Of a DNA stretch of 64,000 bases, positions 10,800-21,559 are shown one piece after another. Position numbers and translations under genes: made by a program. Position 1 is the stretch's first letter; every line of letters starts with the position of its first letter. The stretch lies in the IMG/VR virus record IMGVR_UViG_3300047564_005375, positions 2,847 through 66,846 of that record; one strand, written 5' to 3'. This DNA comes from a virus. Under the pieces are notes generated by a model. It did not search any database, had not been told where the DNA came from, and worked only from the letters and a program-made list of their open reading frames with translations.

Positions 10800-12483
10800 C
10801 GATTAATGGTTGTATATCGAGGTTTACACCATCAGGTATTGCTTGGTAATTACTACCCTCAGGGAATAATTTAAAGGATGTATTTTCAAACGGATAATGA
10901 GCCCGATTCAAATAAGGGTAGTTTACACCCCTATCCAAATTATCAAACTCACCATATAAATAAGGCTCTCTCCAACGAAACTGTTGGTCTGTTGTTGAAA
11001 AAAACGCCCACGAAGGAATATTCTCCACTTGTTGTGCCGGTGCCGTTTCAACGTAATCGGAATAATACTTTAACGTCATCGGCAAGTGAGGGAAATAATA
11101 ATAACCTTGGGGGTTTGAATTTGGTTGGTTAACGGTGGCAAAAATGTTTTGATTAAACTTAATTTTTTGGACGTAAGGTGACACAACTCTTTCGACTTGA
11201 TAGTAGTCATTAAACTCGCAAAAATCACCGTCAAGCATGTCTCCTTCATTTAGAACTCTATTGTAATAAAAGGTGTAAGTTCTGTTGGTCGTTTTACTAT
11301 AAGAAAGAACACCAATATTCGAATTTGACAAAGTATTATTATCATCCCACCAACTACTAACGTCTCTATTGATGTTGAATAACCAACCCTGTTTTAGTCC
11401 CACATTATTATTTATAGGTTTATTAAAATAACCACTATAACCCTTATTGACAATTGTCAAATATATTTCATTGACTTCTTGTTTAAGATTGTTGGTTAAC
11501 CCTGAAAGAATTAAATCATTTGATAAAGTAAAATCGTAATTGAATGAACCAGTTTTTTGAGAAACTCTTGTAACATTGTTGGGTGTAATGGAACTAAATT
11601 CTAACTTTTTTTGATTTTGAAACGCATTCAATTCGAATCCAGTTTTAGTAACTTCAATTTCACTTTGATTCTTAAGAACTCTGTGTTGTCTGATGTAGTA
11701 TTTTGAACGAGTTTCATTAGGATTATTTGCATCAATAATTCGTCTGAAGGTTCCTGTTCTTCCGTTAAAAAACGTGTTTCCTGTATATCCAACATTGATG
11801 ATGTTGAACACATAATCACTACTTCCATAGTTAGTATTACCCAACGAAAAAACATCGAACACTTTCTGACCCTCATAGTCAAAAGACAATTCGACAAATT
11901 GATTTTCTACAAGACCATGAGGCATTAAACACTGAAATGAAATAACACTCAACCCACCTTCAACTGAACTTGAAATTATGAAAGGAATACCTTCTTGAGC
12001 AACCCAATTAATTGTTCTATTGTCATAGGTCGCTTGAAGTTGTTTCGTATAATCGTTTTGATAAGGGTATGTTATGTAATATGTCCAGTTGTAGGTATAC
12101 GCACTTTTCGCTACGTAATTAAGGTGTCCTGTTGGAATATTCGGTCTGAAAAAATCAAATTCGTAATATTGTGGAAACCCTTTCCATACACCACTTACTT
12201 TCGATTGAGTTGGTTCAACATAATATAACTCATCTCTAAACGGAGCATACTCAGTAGTTCCTGTATATGTGTTATCGTAAACAAAATCGATTTTGAACGT
12301 TGGTCTAAATCTTAGACTTGTCTGTCTTTCGTCTTCATAAAGTTGTTGGAGACTGATAGTTGTGTTACGAACATATTGTACCATTTCCTCTTGGTTACTC
12401 TCCAAGGGAATATTAATTTGTTGGTCGAGCGTTGGAGCCGACTTATACTGTAAACTGGAAGGTATTATAGTAAAATCACTCAT
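10786..12483 (-). CDS. Hypothetical virion/baseplate protein (565 aa)
   Basis: Long aromatic-rich ORF overlapping both neighbours. Confidence 0.6.
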   Translation of the reverse strand: MSDFTIIPSSLQYKSAPTLDQQINIPLESNQEEMVQYVRNTTISLQQLYEDERQTSLRFRPTFKIDFVYDNTYTGTTEYAPFRDELYYVEPTQSKVSGVWKGFPQYYEFDFFRPNIPTGHLNYVAKSAYTYNWTYYITYPYQNDYTKQLQATYDNRTINWVAQEGIPFIISSSVEGGLSVISFQCLMPHGLVENQFVELSFDYEGQKVFDVFSLGNTNYGSSDYVFNIINVGYTGNTFFNGRTGTFRRIIDANNPNETRSKYYIRQHRVLKNQSEIEVTKTGFELNAFQNQKKLEFSSITPNNVTRVSQKTGSFNYDFTLSNDLILSGLTNNLKQEVNEIYLTIVNKGYSGYFNKPINNNVGLKQGWLFNINRDVSSWWDDNNTLSNSNIGVLSYSKTTNRTYTFYYNRVLNEGDMLDGDFCEFNDYYQVERVVSPYVQKIKFNQNIFATVNQPNSNPQGYYYFPHLPMTLKYYSDYVETAPAQQVENIPSWAFFSTTDQQFRWREPYLYGEFDNLDRGVNYPYLNRAHYPFENTSFKLFPEGSNYQAIPDGVNLDIQPLIDDCE

Positions 12484-15400
12484 CTGCTAAGTAAAAAGTT
12501 TTGAATCTATCCATAGCTGTCGCCCCGTTTATTAAACCAAAATAAAATTGGTTTGGCGCCCCAACCAGGAAAGTTGTAGGATAATTTCCCGAACTTACAC
12601 TTACATCCCCATTGTTGTCTACGTTGTAAATATATCCTCTGGCATTGTTGTCATTCAACTGACTGTTAGAACCCAAGAAATATGATGGTTGTCCTTGTTT
12701 TGTTCTATCTAAACTTTGATAGTATTCTGAGAAAATACCCGTACTAGCGGTTTCCCAATTATTTTGTTGACTACCGAAGATGTTTGGTAATCCATTGGGT
12801 GGTGTAGTTTTCCATCTGTAGAACGGTACCTTTTGTGATTTGATACCATAAACGTATGTAAACGCGTTTGACGCTGGTGTGGGTCTGAACAAAATCCGTC
12901 CTGGCGTTAAGAAATCTTTGTATTGTAAATCCTCGGTTGTAGAGGAAAAAAACAAACCTAAAACTACCTCACCATTATTAGAACTAAGGTAAATAATTGG
13001 GTTATCAGGGTCATTCGGAACATTTCTATAAACTTCCGATGAAAATTTGATAACCCCGAACTCGGAGTTGATTGACATAAGTTGAGTCAAATCTCCATCA
13101 ACTCGTTCTCCTGGTCTCGAAAAAAATGAGTTAATTGCAAGATTTGATAGTAGTGTCGAACCAATTGGATTAAAGGTATTTAAAAGAGCATTGAAAAATC
13201 TTGCCGAAGTAATTCTTGAAATCACAAAAAGTGATATTAAGTCTGATGGGTCACCAAAACTTGTTGGTGTTAGTTGGTTAACCACATATCCTGTATCTGA
13301 AGGATTCAAAGAAAGTTCTGCAAATATTTGACTCTTTGGACCGAGGTTCATAACTGTAGTTGGGAACAACAAATTCCTCACATTCAACGAACCAGTAAAT
13401 AATTGAGCGGTTCTTCCAATAAATTGACCCGTCGAAATATTATAAGGACTGCTTCTGTAATAATAGTTATTGGTCTGGTCCTCATAATAGATTAAGTCCT
13501 TACAATATAAAACTTCACTAATCGTGTTATTTATCCCATAAATTGCCCTTATTTGAATTGGGAATGCAAATAGAGACCCATTTATCCAGTTATTGGTAAA
13601 GCTCTGAGATAATATACCACGACAAAGGGCATAGAATAATTTATATCTCAAAGACCATTCTGAAAACGCCCTTAAGTCTTTCGCAATATTTTCACTAAGG
13701 GAACTCTCAGTATCCTCACCAAATCTGTAACATCCATTATCTACATAGTCATTATTACAATTTGTTGAAACTCCAAATGTTGTCCCTTCACCACTATAAC
13801 AATATAAACTAACCATATTGGTACAATTGAAAGTTTCTGCAACATTCAATTGTGCCGGTAAGTCCTCATCGTCAGGTGTCACTATAGAAGCTCCAGTACC
13901 ATATTGTTGAGTTGTTAATGCAGGACCACCCGCAATAATCTCATAAAATGGGAAACCAAGGTTTTGTTGAAGTAGTGGTACCGTCCCATTCCAATCTCCA
14001 CCACCAACAAAATCGGAGGTTGGAAGACGGTCGGTTCTCATAACGTTGTTGACTTTAGAAGAAATGTTTGTTTGGTTAGCTCCAGTAAATTTCGGGAGTA
14101 GAGCGATACTAAAGTATTCAATCTCAACATCGTTAGGTCCATTACCCGGTAAATCCCTCATATAATAATAACTCACCCCTGATAGGTCATCTGTAGAAGT
14201 ATACTTTGCAGGTGGTGTGTTTGTCCCTATTCCTGTTCCAACAAACACATTATTCGCCTGAACACTTGTCATACATTTTACGTTACCGATAGTAGGTCTG
14301 TTGAATAGAAACGCAGCACTTGATAGTGGTTGTAGAGGGGCTGACGGAGAATTTCTCATAAAATAATCCGAAAAATTTACAGTTGAATCCAAAGCACTGT
14401 AGTAACCCAAATTAGGTGTTGTAAACGCCGAAAACTTATTACCAGCCTCAAAGAAATAAGAGGTTTCATAAACTCCACTTTGAGTGTGTCCTTGCACCGA
14501 GTTTCCGCCAGATGGTAAATTTTGAATGGGAATATTCAATCTTGTTTCTGCGGTGAAACTAATTGCATTTTCACTCGAGTAACCAAACAATTTTCCCACA
14601 CCATATTTGTTATTGTATAATGGAGAATATGGGTCAACTCCCCTTTGTAGTATCAAAATATATTGGTTATCAAAACCATCAAAAATATTCTCGTAATCAT
14701 ATGTCGCCGAAAAACCGTTTTGGGGGTCTCTCCAATTTACAACCACATCCCTTGTGGGGTAAAAGACCTCCACATCAGAAAGAAGAATATCAACAAAACT
14801 ACCCGTTGTTGGTGAATTATTCCATATTTGTCTTGCTTGCGATATTGTTAAACCCGTCAAAACTTGATAATATTCCAAGTCCATTGGGAAGTCGTAGTTA
14901 GTTACACTAGAACCCTCACTCAACGTGTAAGTAACTACAGGTGAAAGTGAGGTTTGTGTGGAAGCGTATTGAACTTGTATTGGTCCACCATTAGGAAGTT
15001 TGGTAGTTCCTGTGATGCCTTGACGTAAGTTATTATTACCGACCGCGCCAGGATAAAAATAGTTGGGGTCTCTACTATTCAATGGGTTAACAAATGTCAA
15101 AAGAGTACCTGCATCAAAATTAGTTTGAGATAAAATTGTAAGGGTACTATCGAAGTGATTCACAGTAGTATTCGATGGATTATCAAACGAAACACTTATC
15201 TTGTTTAATCCATCAAAAAACTTTTTTCGACCATTAAAAATATTAATCCTTTCACCTAACGGTAAATCATACGAATATGCGAAAATTCTAACGGGAGAAT
15301 TGAAACTTCCGGTAACTTCGGGTAGAACTTGTACGGGTGATTCTGTAAATCTAACTTCCCCTAAAACTTGGAAGTTCGTTGTTCTTGTTCCTATGGCTTG

Positions 15401-17323
15401 GGAAAAAATGGAAGCGACTATATTCTTATTCGCCTCTGAAGGTTGTCCTTGGTCATCGAGGTTATATGGTAATGAAGAATTTAAAAGACCCTGAAAATAA
15501 TAAGTGAAATTAGAAACAGGTGTAAGTATCGGCTCACCCTCAGAAGTTGAAGTTGTTTCGACATAAGAATTATTCGCACAAGCACAACCCTCACATTCAG
15601 GATATGTTAACATGGGAAGACCGAAACCTCTTAGTTGGTCTCCGTCTCTGAGTGACCTACTGAGGACTCTGGCTAGTTGGTATAAAACAATAAAAACAGG
15701 AAAAAGTACTTGAAAAATTTGGAATATTATTGAAAACAAAAAATATAATAGGTCGAAGTTTTTAAATCCTTCGTTAACAGGAAACTTGTTTACGGTTGAA
15801 GCGCATTCATTGTTGTCAATTTCTTTAATTCCAATGAATCTTCCACGTCCTGTTAGAAGATTAAATGCAGGTATGTTCCTTTTATATTGGTCTATTAAGG
15901 AAGAAACAGTATAGACCTTATTGTAATCGAACTCATAAAAAGTATCTTCACAATTAAAAATCTCGGTTTCCCTTTGGGTCTTTAAAGTTCCCGTATATCC
16001 ATTGGTGTATCCAGTCCAATCTAAACCAAAATAATAGGAACTCGATAACCGACGTTGTGTGGTTGTATTTGTTGAATACGCCGGGTCTGTGAATGGGTCA
16101 GTCCATCCAAATTCACGAACATTTGGTACCAAATAATATGCTCTTTTGATTTGTTCAGTGTTAGACGGTGGTTGTTGCCACTTAACTTTAAATCGGTATT
16201 TCGCCTTTGTAGGAATACCAATCGATGGGTCATTACTCAATATTCTTGAACCATCTTCGGCAGTTGTTACATAATTTAAATTCATTGGAACTTCCGTCAA
16301 CCACGTACCGTTCTCATCTATGATGTTTCCTGAGTTCTCTAATCGATATTCTTCCAATACAGGTCTTCCTTGACCATCTTGGAATATTGTTTGTCTTACA
16401 GCCAATATTTGACCTGGACCCGCCTCCAACTCACAAAGGTTTCCAAAATTATCTTTTGGTTTACACCCTGAGCTCAAAATACCAGGTGGAAAATTACTTC
16501 GGAACTGAGGCGCGTTGATTTTGTACTTATCTATTGTTGAGAACATAGAACCCATGAATATTGAAGACGGAGAAATTTCAATATTTGCCTCGATTCTCAA
16601 ATCAAAATCAACACGGTTAACCGCGGCTTGACACTGAGATGGGTCACCCCAAAATGGACTGACCTCAAATTGTTTTCTTATTGACACAATCTGTGGGAGT
16701 GTGTCAATATCAGGTGAAGCCAAAAATCTGTCACCCGCAACCTGAGCCGGTGTGGCTCTTCCCATTCTAATCAAATCTTGTGGTGTGAGTGAAAATTCAC
16801 CGATATCACTCAAATCCAAATCCATTAACACGGTTTGAACTCCAACGGGAACACCAAAAATCATATAGTCCCCACTTTCATTTGTTTTTACAGTGTACTT
16901 ATAGTACTTGTCGTAAATCTCGGCGACTAACGGGTCTTTTAATACATCCTCACGGGTTGGGAAAGTGCCCGTCGCAGCATGGTTAGTATATGATGGGGCA
17001 TAAGGTAAAACATTAAAACGATATCCGTCAACGTTAGTATCATCAGGATTAACGTATGGATAAACCGCCACGATTTGTTCGTTGGCAGCATCGGTCTCGA
17101 GAATAGGAACAAATATGGTTACCTTAACGTTTGGAACTCCAAGTCCACTGTTAGCAACCACACGACCAACAACAACCCCATATTGAGCACAGTCTCTGTT
17201 GTATACGTCCTCTTGTCCAATTTGAAGGGAAAGAATTTCTAAAAATTCAAAATCTTGGTCAAGCTCAAACGACAGAGTTTTGTTGATACCAACTTCCGTG
17301 TTTATTCTGTATGATTTTCCCAT
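12476..17323 (-). CDS. Large baseplate-associated protein (1615 aa) with N-terminal carboxypeptidase-regulatory-like domain and a hydrophobic helix
   Basis: GVVVGRVVANSGLGVPNVKVTIF...TNESGDYMIFGVPVG motif; hydrophobic LLYFLFSIIFQIFQVLFPVFIVLY; TATTTAT upstream. Confidence 0.6.
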   Translation of the reverse strand: MGKSYRINTEVGINKTLSFELDQDFEFLEILSLQIGQEDVYNRDCAQYGVVVGRVVANSGLGVPNVKVTIFVPILETDAANEQIVAVYPYVNPDDTNVDGYRFNVLPYAPSYTNHAATGTFPTREDVLKDPLVAEIYDKYYKYTVKTNESGDYMIFGVPVGVQTVLMDLDLSDIGEFSLTPQDLIRMGRATPAQVAGDRFLASPDIDTLPQIVSIRKQFEVSPFWGDPSQCQAAVNRVDFDLRIEANIEISPSSIFMGSMFSTIDKYKINAPQFRSNFPPGILSSGCKPKDNFGNLCELEAGPGQILAVRQTIFQDGQGRPVLEEYRLENSGNIIDENGTWLTEVPMNLNYVTTAEDGSRILSNDPSIGIPTKAKYRFKVKWQQPPSNTEQIKRAYYLVPNVREFGWTDPFTDPAYSTNTTTQRRLSSSYYFGLDWTGYTNGYTGTLKTQRETEIFNCEDTFYEFDYNKVYTVSSLIDQYKRNIPAFNLLTGRGRFIGIKEIDNNECASTVNKFPVNEGFKNFDLLYFLFSIIFQIFQVLFPVFIVLYQLARVLSRSLRDGDQLRGFGLPMLTYPECEGCACANNSYVETTSTSEGEPILTPVSNFTYYFQGLLNSSLPYNLDDQGQPSEANKNIVASIFSQAIGTRTTNFQVLGEVRFTESPVQVLPEVTGSFNSPVRIFAYSYDLPLGERINIFNGRKKFFDGLNKISVSFDNPSNTTVNHFDSTLTILSQTNFDAGTLLTFVNPLNSRDPNYFYPGAVGNNNLRQGITGTTKLPNGGPIQVQYASTQTSLSPVVTYTLSEGSSVTNYDFPMDLEYYQVLTGLTISQARQIWNNSPTTGSFVDILLSDVEVFYPTRDVVVNWRDPQNGFSATYDYENIFDGFDNQYILILQRGVDPYSPLYNNKYGVGKLFGYSSENAISFTAETRLNIPIQNLPSGGNSVQGHTQSGVYETSYFFEAGNKFSAFTTPNLGYYSALDSTVNFSDYFMRNSPSAPLQPLSSAAFLFNRPTIGNVKCMTSVQANNVFVGTGIGTNTPPAKYTSTDDLSGVSYYYMRDLPGNGPNDVEIEYFSIALLPKFTGANQTNISSKVNNVMRTDRLPTSDFVGGGDWNGTVPLLQQNLGFPFYEIIAGGPALTTQQYGTGASIVTPDDEDLPAQLNVAETFNCTNMVSLYCYSGEGTTFGVSTNCNNDYVDNGCYRFGEDTESSLSENIAKDLRAFSEWSLRYKLFYALCRGILSQSFTNNWINGSLFAFPIQIRAIYGINNTISEVLYCKDLIYYEDQTNNYYYRSSPYNISTGQFIGRTAQLFTGSLNVRNLLFPTTVMNLGPKSQIFAELSLNPSDTGYVVNQLTPTSFGDPSDLISLFVISRITSARFFNALLNTFNPIGSTLLSNLAINSFFSRPGERVDGDLTQLMSINSEFGVIKFSSEVYRNVPNDPDNPIIYLSSNNGEVVLGLFFSSTTEDLQYKDFLTPGRILFRPTPASNAFTYVYGIKSQKVPFYRWKTTPPNGLPNIFGSQQNNWETASTGIFSEYYQSLDRTKQGQPSYFLGSNSQLNDNNARGYIYNVDNNGDVSVSSGNYPTTFLVGAPNQFYFGLINGATAMDRFKTFYLADE

Positions 17324-17418
17324 TCAAACTTTTTAAAATAAATAGTTATTTTGGGTTTTTCTAAGAAAGCCCAATTACATAAAGGAAATATACCTTGAGG
17401 GAAAATTAAATAAAGGTG

Positions 17419-19257
17419 TTAAGAAAAAGAAACATTTTGGAAGTTCTTAACCTTAACTTTGATATCTTTTTGTGGGAATCTGACTTGATACGCTTGGTTT
17501 GGTTGTGCAAACAATGTGTCATCCACTGGTTGGATAATTTTTAGTTCAGGGTCGGCATATCTCATGGAAGTTTGTGCGGATGAATATTGTCCTCCAACTT
17601 TATTTTCCACCACCAAATCAGCCACAGTAATTACACCTGTTTGTTGTTGAACAATTGTTCTAAGTTCTGACAGATAAACGTTTTGTCCCAGCTCTCTGAT
17701 TTGTGGATTCATATAAGCCGCCACTCGGTTAACAATTTCGGATATAATTTGTCCTGAGTTTTGGGTGGCATCCAATACAACAGAAATCTCAAATGCCAAA
17801 TCAAGAACCTCGGCTGAGGTAACTTGAATGTAGTCATTCATCATTCTGTAATTTGATAGGTAACTGGCGACGTTTTGTCTCAGGGTATTTGATACAATTG
17901 GTGTAAGTTTTCCTGAGGTATCATAAGACAACAAACTAATAATAATCTTGTTGTTATTTTCTGTAATTGCCACCTTGGCTGGTGCCCCAAATTGTGCTGG
18001 CATCAATCTAAGAAGGGAGTCGTAATCATTTACAGTAACCGCCCTCTTCTGAGCCGCGAAGTTAAAGGTTACATAGTTTCTAACCTCCTCAACACTTGGT
18101 GGGTTTGCCCCTCCGATTGCCGCAGTTACGTTATTACATCTTAGGGATTGTATAACACTATTATTAATGTTCTGTGATGGACCATTGACGAAGAATGTTA
18201 CAGTTCCCACCTGATTGATAACATTGGTACCGAGGTTTGTTGCCAATCCCCCACCCACTCTGTATTGAACAAAAAGAGTTGTGTTAGGAATTAGTGTGGA
18301 ACCCAACGAGAAGTTGTTCTGAAGTGATTGTATTGTCACAGGAACCCCAAGATTGGTAAACGCATTGAGTTGGTCTTGGGCTGATGTGCTACCACCACCA
18401 AAGGTAACCTTCATAAATCCTTCAGGGGTAAACTCGGTAATAAATCTATTGTTGGTTTGGACGTATCGACCTACCTTAATACCCGGTTGGTCTGATACTT
18501 TAGTCGGGTCTTCAACGAAGATTCTGTCTTCAGCCAAAGCATCAACTTCATACCATCTGTTTTCAACCCCTAAGAACTCCGCTGCGGTTGGTACGTTAGT
18601 GTAGTTGGTACCATTCTTAAGAAGAACACTTGTAACTCCCAAAACGTTCTTGTCAGGAAGGAATAATTCGAAGAATGGTCTAACGTCACTGGCATTAATA
18701 ACTCTCTTGAAAACTTTGGTAAGTCCATTAACCACCTGTTCTCTTTTGGTTATCGTGTAGTTGATTAGGTTTCCGTTTCCATCGAAGTTGGGAACCTTAA
18801 GTCTGTTAGGGAACCCTTGTGAGTTATATGGTGATGCAAAATCAACATCATATTGAGTCTCAAACACAATACCCGCACCGAACACCTGAGAACCACGAGT
18901 AAGAGTTCCAAGGTATCTTTCGTCTTCTTTGTCACCAAAAGCCGGTACCGTGATTGAGAAGTCCACCAAAGATACAGAAGGTCTTTGACCTGGTATCTTT
19001 AGACCATAAGTTCTAGCAATGTTGTAAATTGACGACCTTTGTTGAGCGTACTGAAGTACCGTCTCTTGGATACTTCTGTCAATATGATAGTGGAGGTTGT
19101 CGGCTACGGCGGCATTCAAATCCAAGAACACCGAAAATACTGAGGCATCATTAAAGTCCTGAATAAGTTCGGGATAGTAGGTTCTAACGTAGTTTTGGAG
19201 TTCAATCCTAATACTTTCGTAGTCTCTTACTGTATAGGATATTTTGTTGTTTGCCAT
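17419..19257 (-). CDS. Baseplate wedge subunit (T4 gp6 / baseplate J-like)
   Basis: RDYESIRIEL N-terminus; YRVGGG; AAIGGANPPSVEEVR; QKRAVTVNDY. Confidence 0.85.
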   Translation of the reverse strand: MANNKISYTVRDYESIRIELQNYVRTYYPELIQDFNDASVFSVFLDLNAAVADNLHYHIDRSIQETVLQYAQQRSSIYNIARTYGLKIPGQRPSVSLVDFSITVPAFGDKEDERYLGTLTRGSQVFGAGIVFETQYDVDFASPYNSQGFPNRLKVPNFDGNGNLINYTITKREQVVNGLTKVFKRVINASDVRPFFELFLPDKNVLGVTSVLLKNGTNYTNVPTAAEFLGVENRWYEVDALAEDRIFVEDPTKVSDQPGIKVGRYVQTNNRFITEFTPEGFMKVTFGGGSTSAQDQLNAFTNLGVPVTIQSLQNNFSLGSTLIPNTTLFVQYRVGGGLATNLGTNVINQVGTVTFFVNGPSQNINNSVIQSLRCNNVTAAIGGANPPSVEEVRNYVTFNFAAQKRAVTVNDYDSLLRLMPAQFGAPAKVAITENNNKIIISLLSYDTSGKLTPIVSNTLRQNVASYLSNYRMMNDYIQVTSAEVLDLAFEISVVLDATQNSGQIISEIVNRVAAYMNPQIRELGQNVYLSELRTIVQQQTGVITVADLVVENKVGGQYSSAQTSMRYADPELKIIQPVDDTLFAQPNQAYQVRFPQKDIKVKVKNFQNVSFS

Positions 19258-19263
19258 ATAATG

Positions 19264-19737
19264 TTAAATATTGAGGATAACAAAATCACTTTGGGCGAAT
19301 GCCAAGTTGTCCACCGAAAAATCAATTCTGATTTTTGCTGTGTATTCGGAAGTCCCTTTACCAGGTACTCTGAACGGGGTATTGGCATCTTGAGCCAACT
19401 GACCACCTCTACTTTGAGCGTTGTCCACTTCAACGGAGGGGTCGGCAGGTTCTATTGTTATATTATTGATTAGTAAGTTTGGAATGTATTTTGAAACAGA
19501 ATCTCTAATGTCAGCCTCGATGGCATTGAAAGTAAGTCCGTCAAATGGTTCAAACAGGAATTCATATAATCTTGTACCAAAATCAGGTAAAAAATATCTT
19601 GAACCCTTTCTCGTTAAAAGAAGGTGTACAAGGTCACTTTTGATTTGAGCATATTGGGTTTCCGTCAACAACAAGAAATCCCCTTGGGTAGAATCTTGGA
19701 AGGGAAAAGCTAAACCATATGTAATTCCATCTGCCAT
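19264..19737 (-). CDS. Baseplate wedge subunit gp25-like
   Basis: IKSDLVHLLLTRKGSRYFLPDFGTRLYEFLFEP is the gp25/GPW motif. Confidence 0.9.
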   Translation of the reverse strand: MADGITYGLAFPFQDSTQGDFLLLTETQYAQIKSDLVHLLLTRKGSRYFLPDFGTRLYEFLFEPFDGLTFNAIEADIRDSVSKYIPNLLINNITIEPADPSVEVDNAQSRGGQLAQDANTPFRVPGKGTSEYTAKIRIDFSVDNLAFAQSDFVILNI

Positions 19738-19774
19738 ATCACATAAATATATCCGTTAAGTTTTTATAAGGAAT

Positions 19775-19805
19775 AAAAAAACCCGACACATTATGCCGGG
19801 TTTTT
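19775..19805 (-). terminator. Rho-independent terminator after nrdA
   Basis: Minus strand CCCGGCA-TAATG-TGTCGGG followed by T7; T-run also on the other side. Confidence 0.75.
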
Positions 19806-19831
19806 CATTCATTAAGGTTCAAATTCCCTAA

Positions 19832-21538
19832 TTATGCCTCACAAGCCACGCAGTGAAGGTCATTTAAGTTTAGTTTCTTTCTTGCGAAAGCCTGAGCCGA
19901 GTTCATTGAGTGTTGGTAATAAAGAGTCTTAACCCCTAACTCCCAAGCGTCGACCAACAACTTATTGACATCCTTAGTTGGCATGTCAGGTGAAATCATT
20001 AGGTTCAAAGATTGTGCTTGGTCAATGTAGTCCTGTCTTACAGCCGCTTGGTTGATGATTGAAGACTGATTTACCTCAGCAAAAGTTCTGAATACTTGTT
20101 TTTGTTCTTCAGTCAAGAAGTCCAAGTGTTGTACCGAACCATCGTGTTTCTTAATACTTTCCCAAGTCGCCTTGTTGTCTTTACCAAGTTCACCCAACAA
20201 CTTTTTCAACACAGGGTTCTTAATTGTCACCTTAAGTTTAGCCACGTCCTTCACATAACAGTTAGACCAAATTGGTTCAATAGATTGTGAAACCTGTCCC
20301 AAAATAAACGCTGAAGAGGTTGTTGGTGCAATAGCGTTCAAGGTTACATTCCTTCTTCCGTAACCAACCAAGTGTTCGGGCTCTCCAAACAATTCAGCCA
20401 ATTCTGAGGAAGCTTTGTAAGACTTATCCTTAATCAACTTGAACACCTCAACGTTCAATCTTGCAGTTTCACGACTATCAAATGGTAAGTTTTTGGATTG
20501 TAACAACGAGTGCCAACCAAGTACTCCCAAACCAAGAGCTCTTTGTCTCTTAGCGAAGTTGTACGCCTTTTCGAGGTAGAAGAACGCTCTTTTTCCTTCG
20601 ATAGTTCCAGCATCTCTAATCGCTTCAATCTTGGTTAAGAACTCCGATACAACCGCGTCAAGGAAATAAACCATAACCTCAACAGCGTCTGTGTCTTTCC
20701 ACTCTTCGTAGTGGAGAAGGTTCATCGAAGACAGAACACAAACAAATGATTCTTCTTCAGAATTGTGGAGAGCAATCTCAGAACAAAGGTTGGAATTGTA
20801 AATCTTCATTCCTTTATCCTGATAAACTTCAGGAGCTTTCTTGTTCATTGTGTCGGTGAACATGATGTATGGATAACCAATCTCACCTCTTCTTTGAATA
20901 ACTTTAGCCCAAATAGCTCTCTTAGCTTTGTCACCAGCAATCATCTGTTCCATAAACTCATCAGTCACGGTAACTGCGTGGGTCAAGTCTTGAATTGGGA
21001 AACCTTCAGTTCCAATTTCCAAGAATTCCATAATGTCAGGGTGTTCCACAGGGAGGTATGGAGAGAATCGACCTCTACGAGTAGAACCCTGAGAAATGTT
21101 ATCAACCACACTTTGGAACAAGTTCATAAAGTGAACCGCGCCAGGCGCATGTCCATTGTCAGTAATCGTAGCTCCTCGTTCACGGATGTTACCAAAATAT
21201 CCTGAGGTACCACCACCCATTTTACTCATCTCACCAACTTCAGCCTGAGTGTAAAGAATTGACTCAATATTATCACCTACATTCGAACCGAAACAACTTA
21301 CAGGTAAACCTCGTTTTTTACCGAAGTTAGCCCAAACTGGTGAAGAAAGTGAATACCATCCTCTACCCATGTAGTCGTAAAATTTTTCAGCAAATCCTTC
21401 CATACCCAAAAGTTTTTCGGCATGTTCTGCAATTGTTTTTATACGCTCCAAGGGTTCTTCACCTTCACTGAGATATCCTCTGCGGAGAAATGTGATTGAC
21501 TCGTCATTAATCCAGTCAAAAGGTTTTCTATTTTCCAT
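19832..21538 (-). CDS. nrdA: Ribonucleotide reductase alpha subunit, short form without ATP-cone
   Basis: PVSCF, SNLCSEI, VCVLSS, AIAPTTSS, KTLYY and C-terminal CVACEA. Confidence 0.95.
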   Translation of the reverse strand: MENRKPFDWINDESITFLRRGYLSEGEEPLERIKTIAEHAEKLLGMEGFAEKFYDYMGRGWYSLSSPVWANFGKKRGLPVSCFGSNVGDNIESILYTQAEVGEMSKMGGGTSGYFGNIRERGATITDNGHAPGAVHFMNLFQSVVDNISQGSTRRGRFSPYLPVEHPDIMEFLEIGTEGFPIQDLTHAVTVTDEFMEQMIAGDKAKRAIWAKVIQRRGEIGYPYIMFTDTMNKKAPEVYQDKGMKIYNSNLCSEIALHNSEEESFVCVLSSMNLLHYEEWKDTDAVEVMVYFLDAVVSEFLTKIEAIRDAGTIEGKRAFFYLEKAYNFAKRQRALGLGVLGWHSLLQSKNLPFDSRETARLNVEVFKLIKDKSYKASSELAELFGEPEHLVGYGRRNVTLNAIAPTTSSAFILGQVSQSIEPIWSNCYVKDVAKLKVTIKNPVLKKLLGELGKDNKATWESIKKHDGSVQHLDFLTEEQKQVFRTFAEVNQSSIINQAAVRQDYIDQAQSLNLMISPDMPTKDVNKLLVDAWELGVKTLYYQHSMNSAQAFARKKLNLNDLHCVACEA

Positions 21539-21559
21539 ATTATTATCTGTTGTTTTTAA

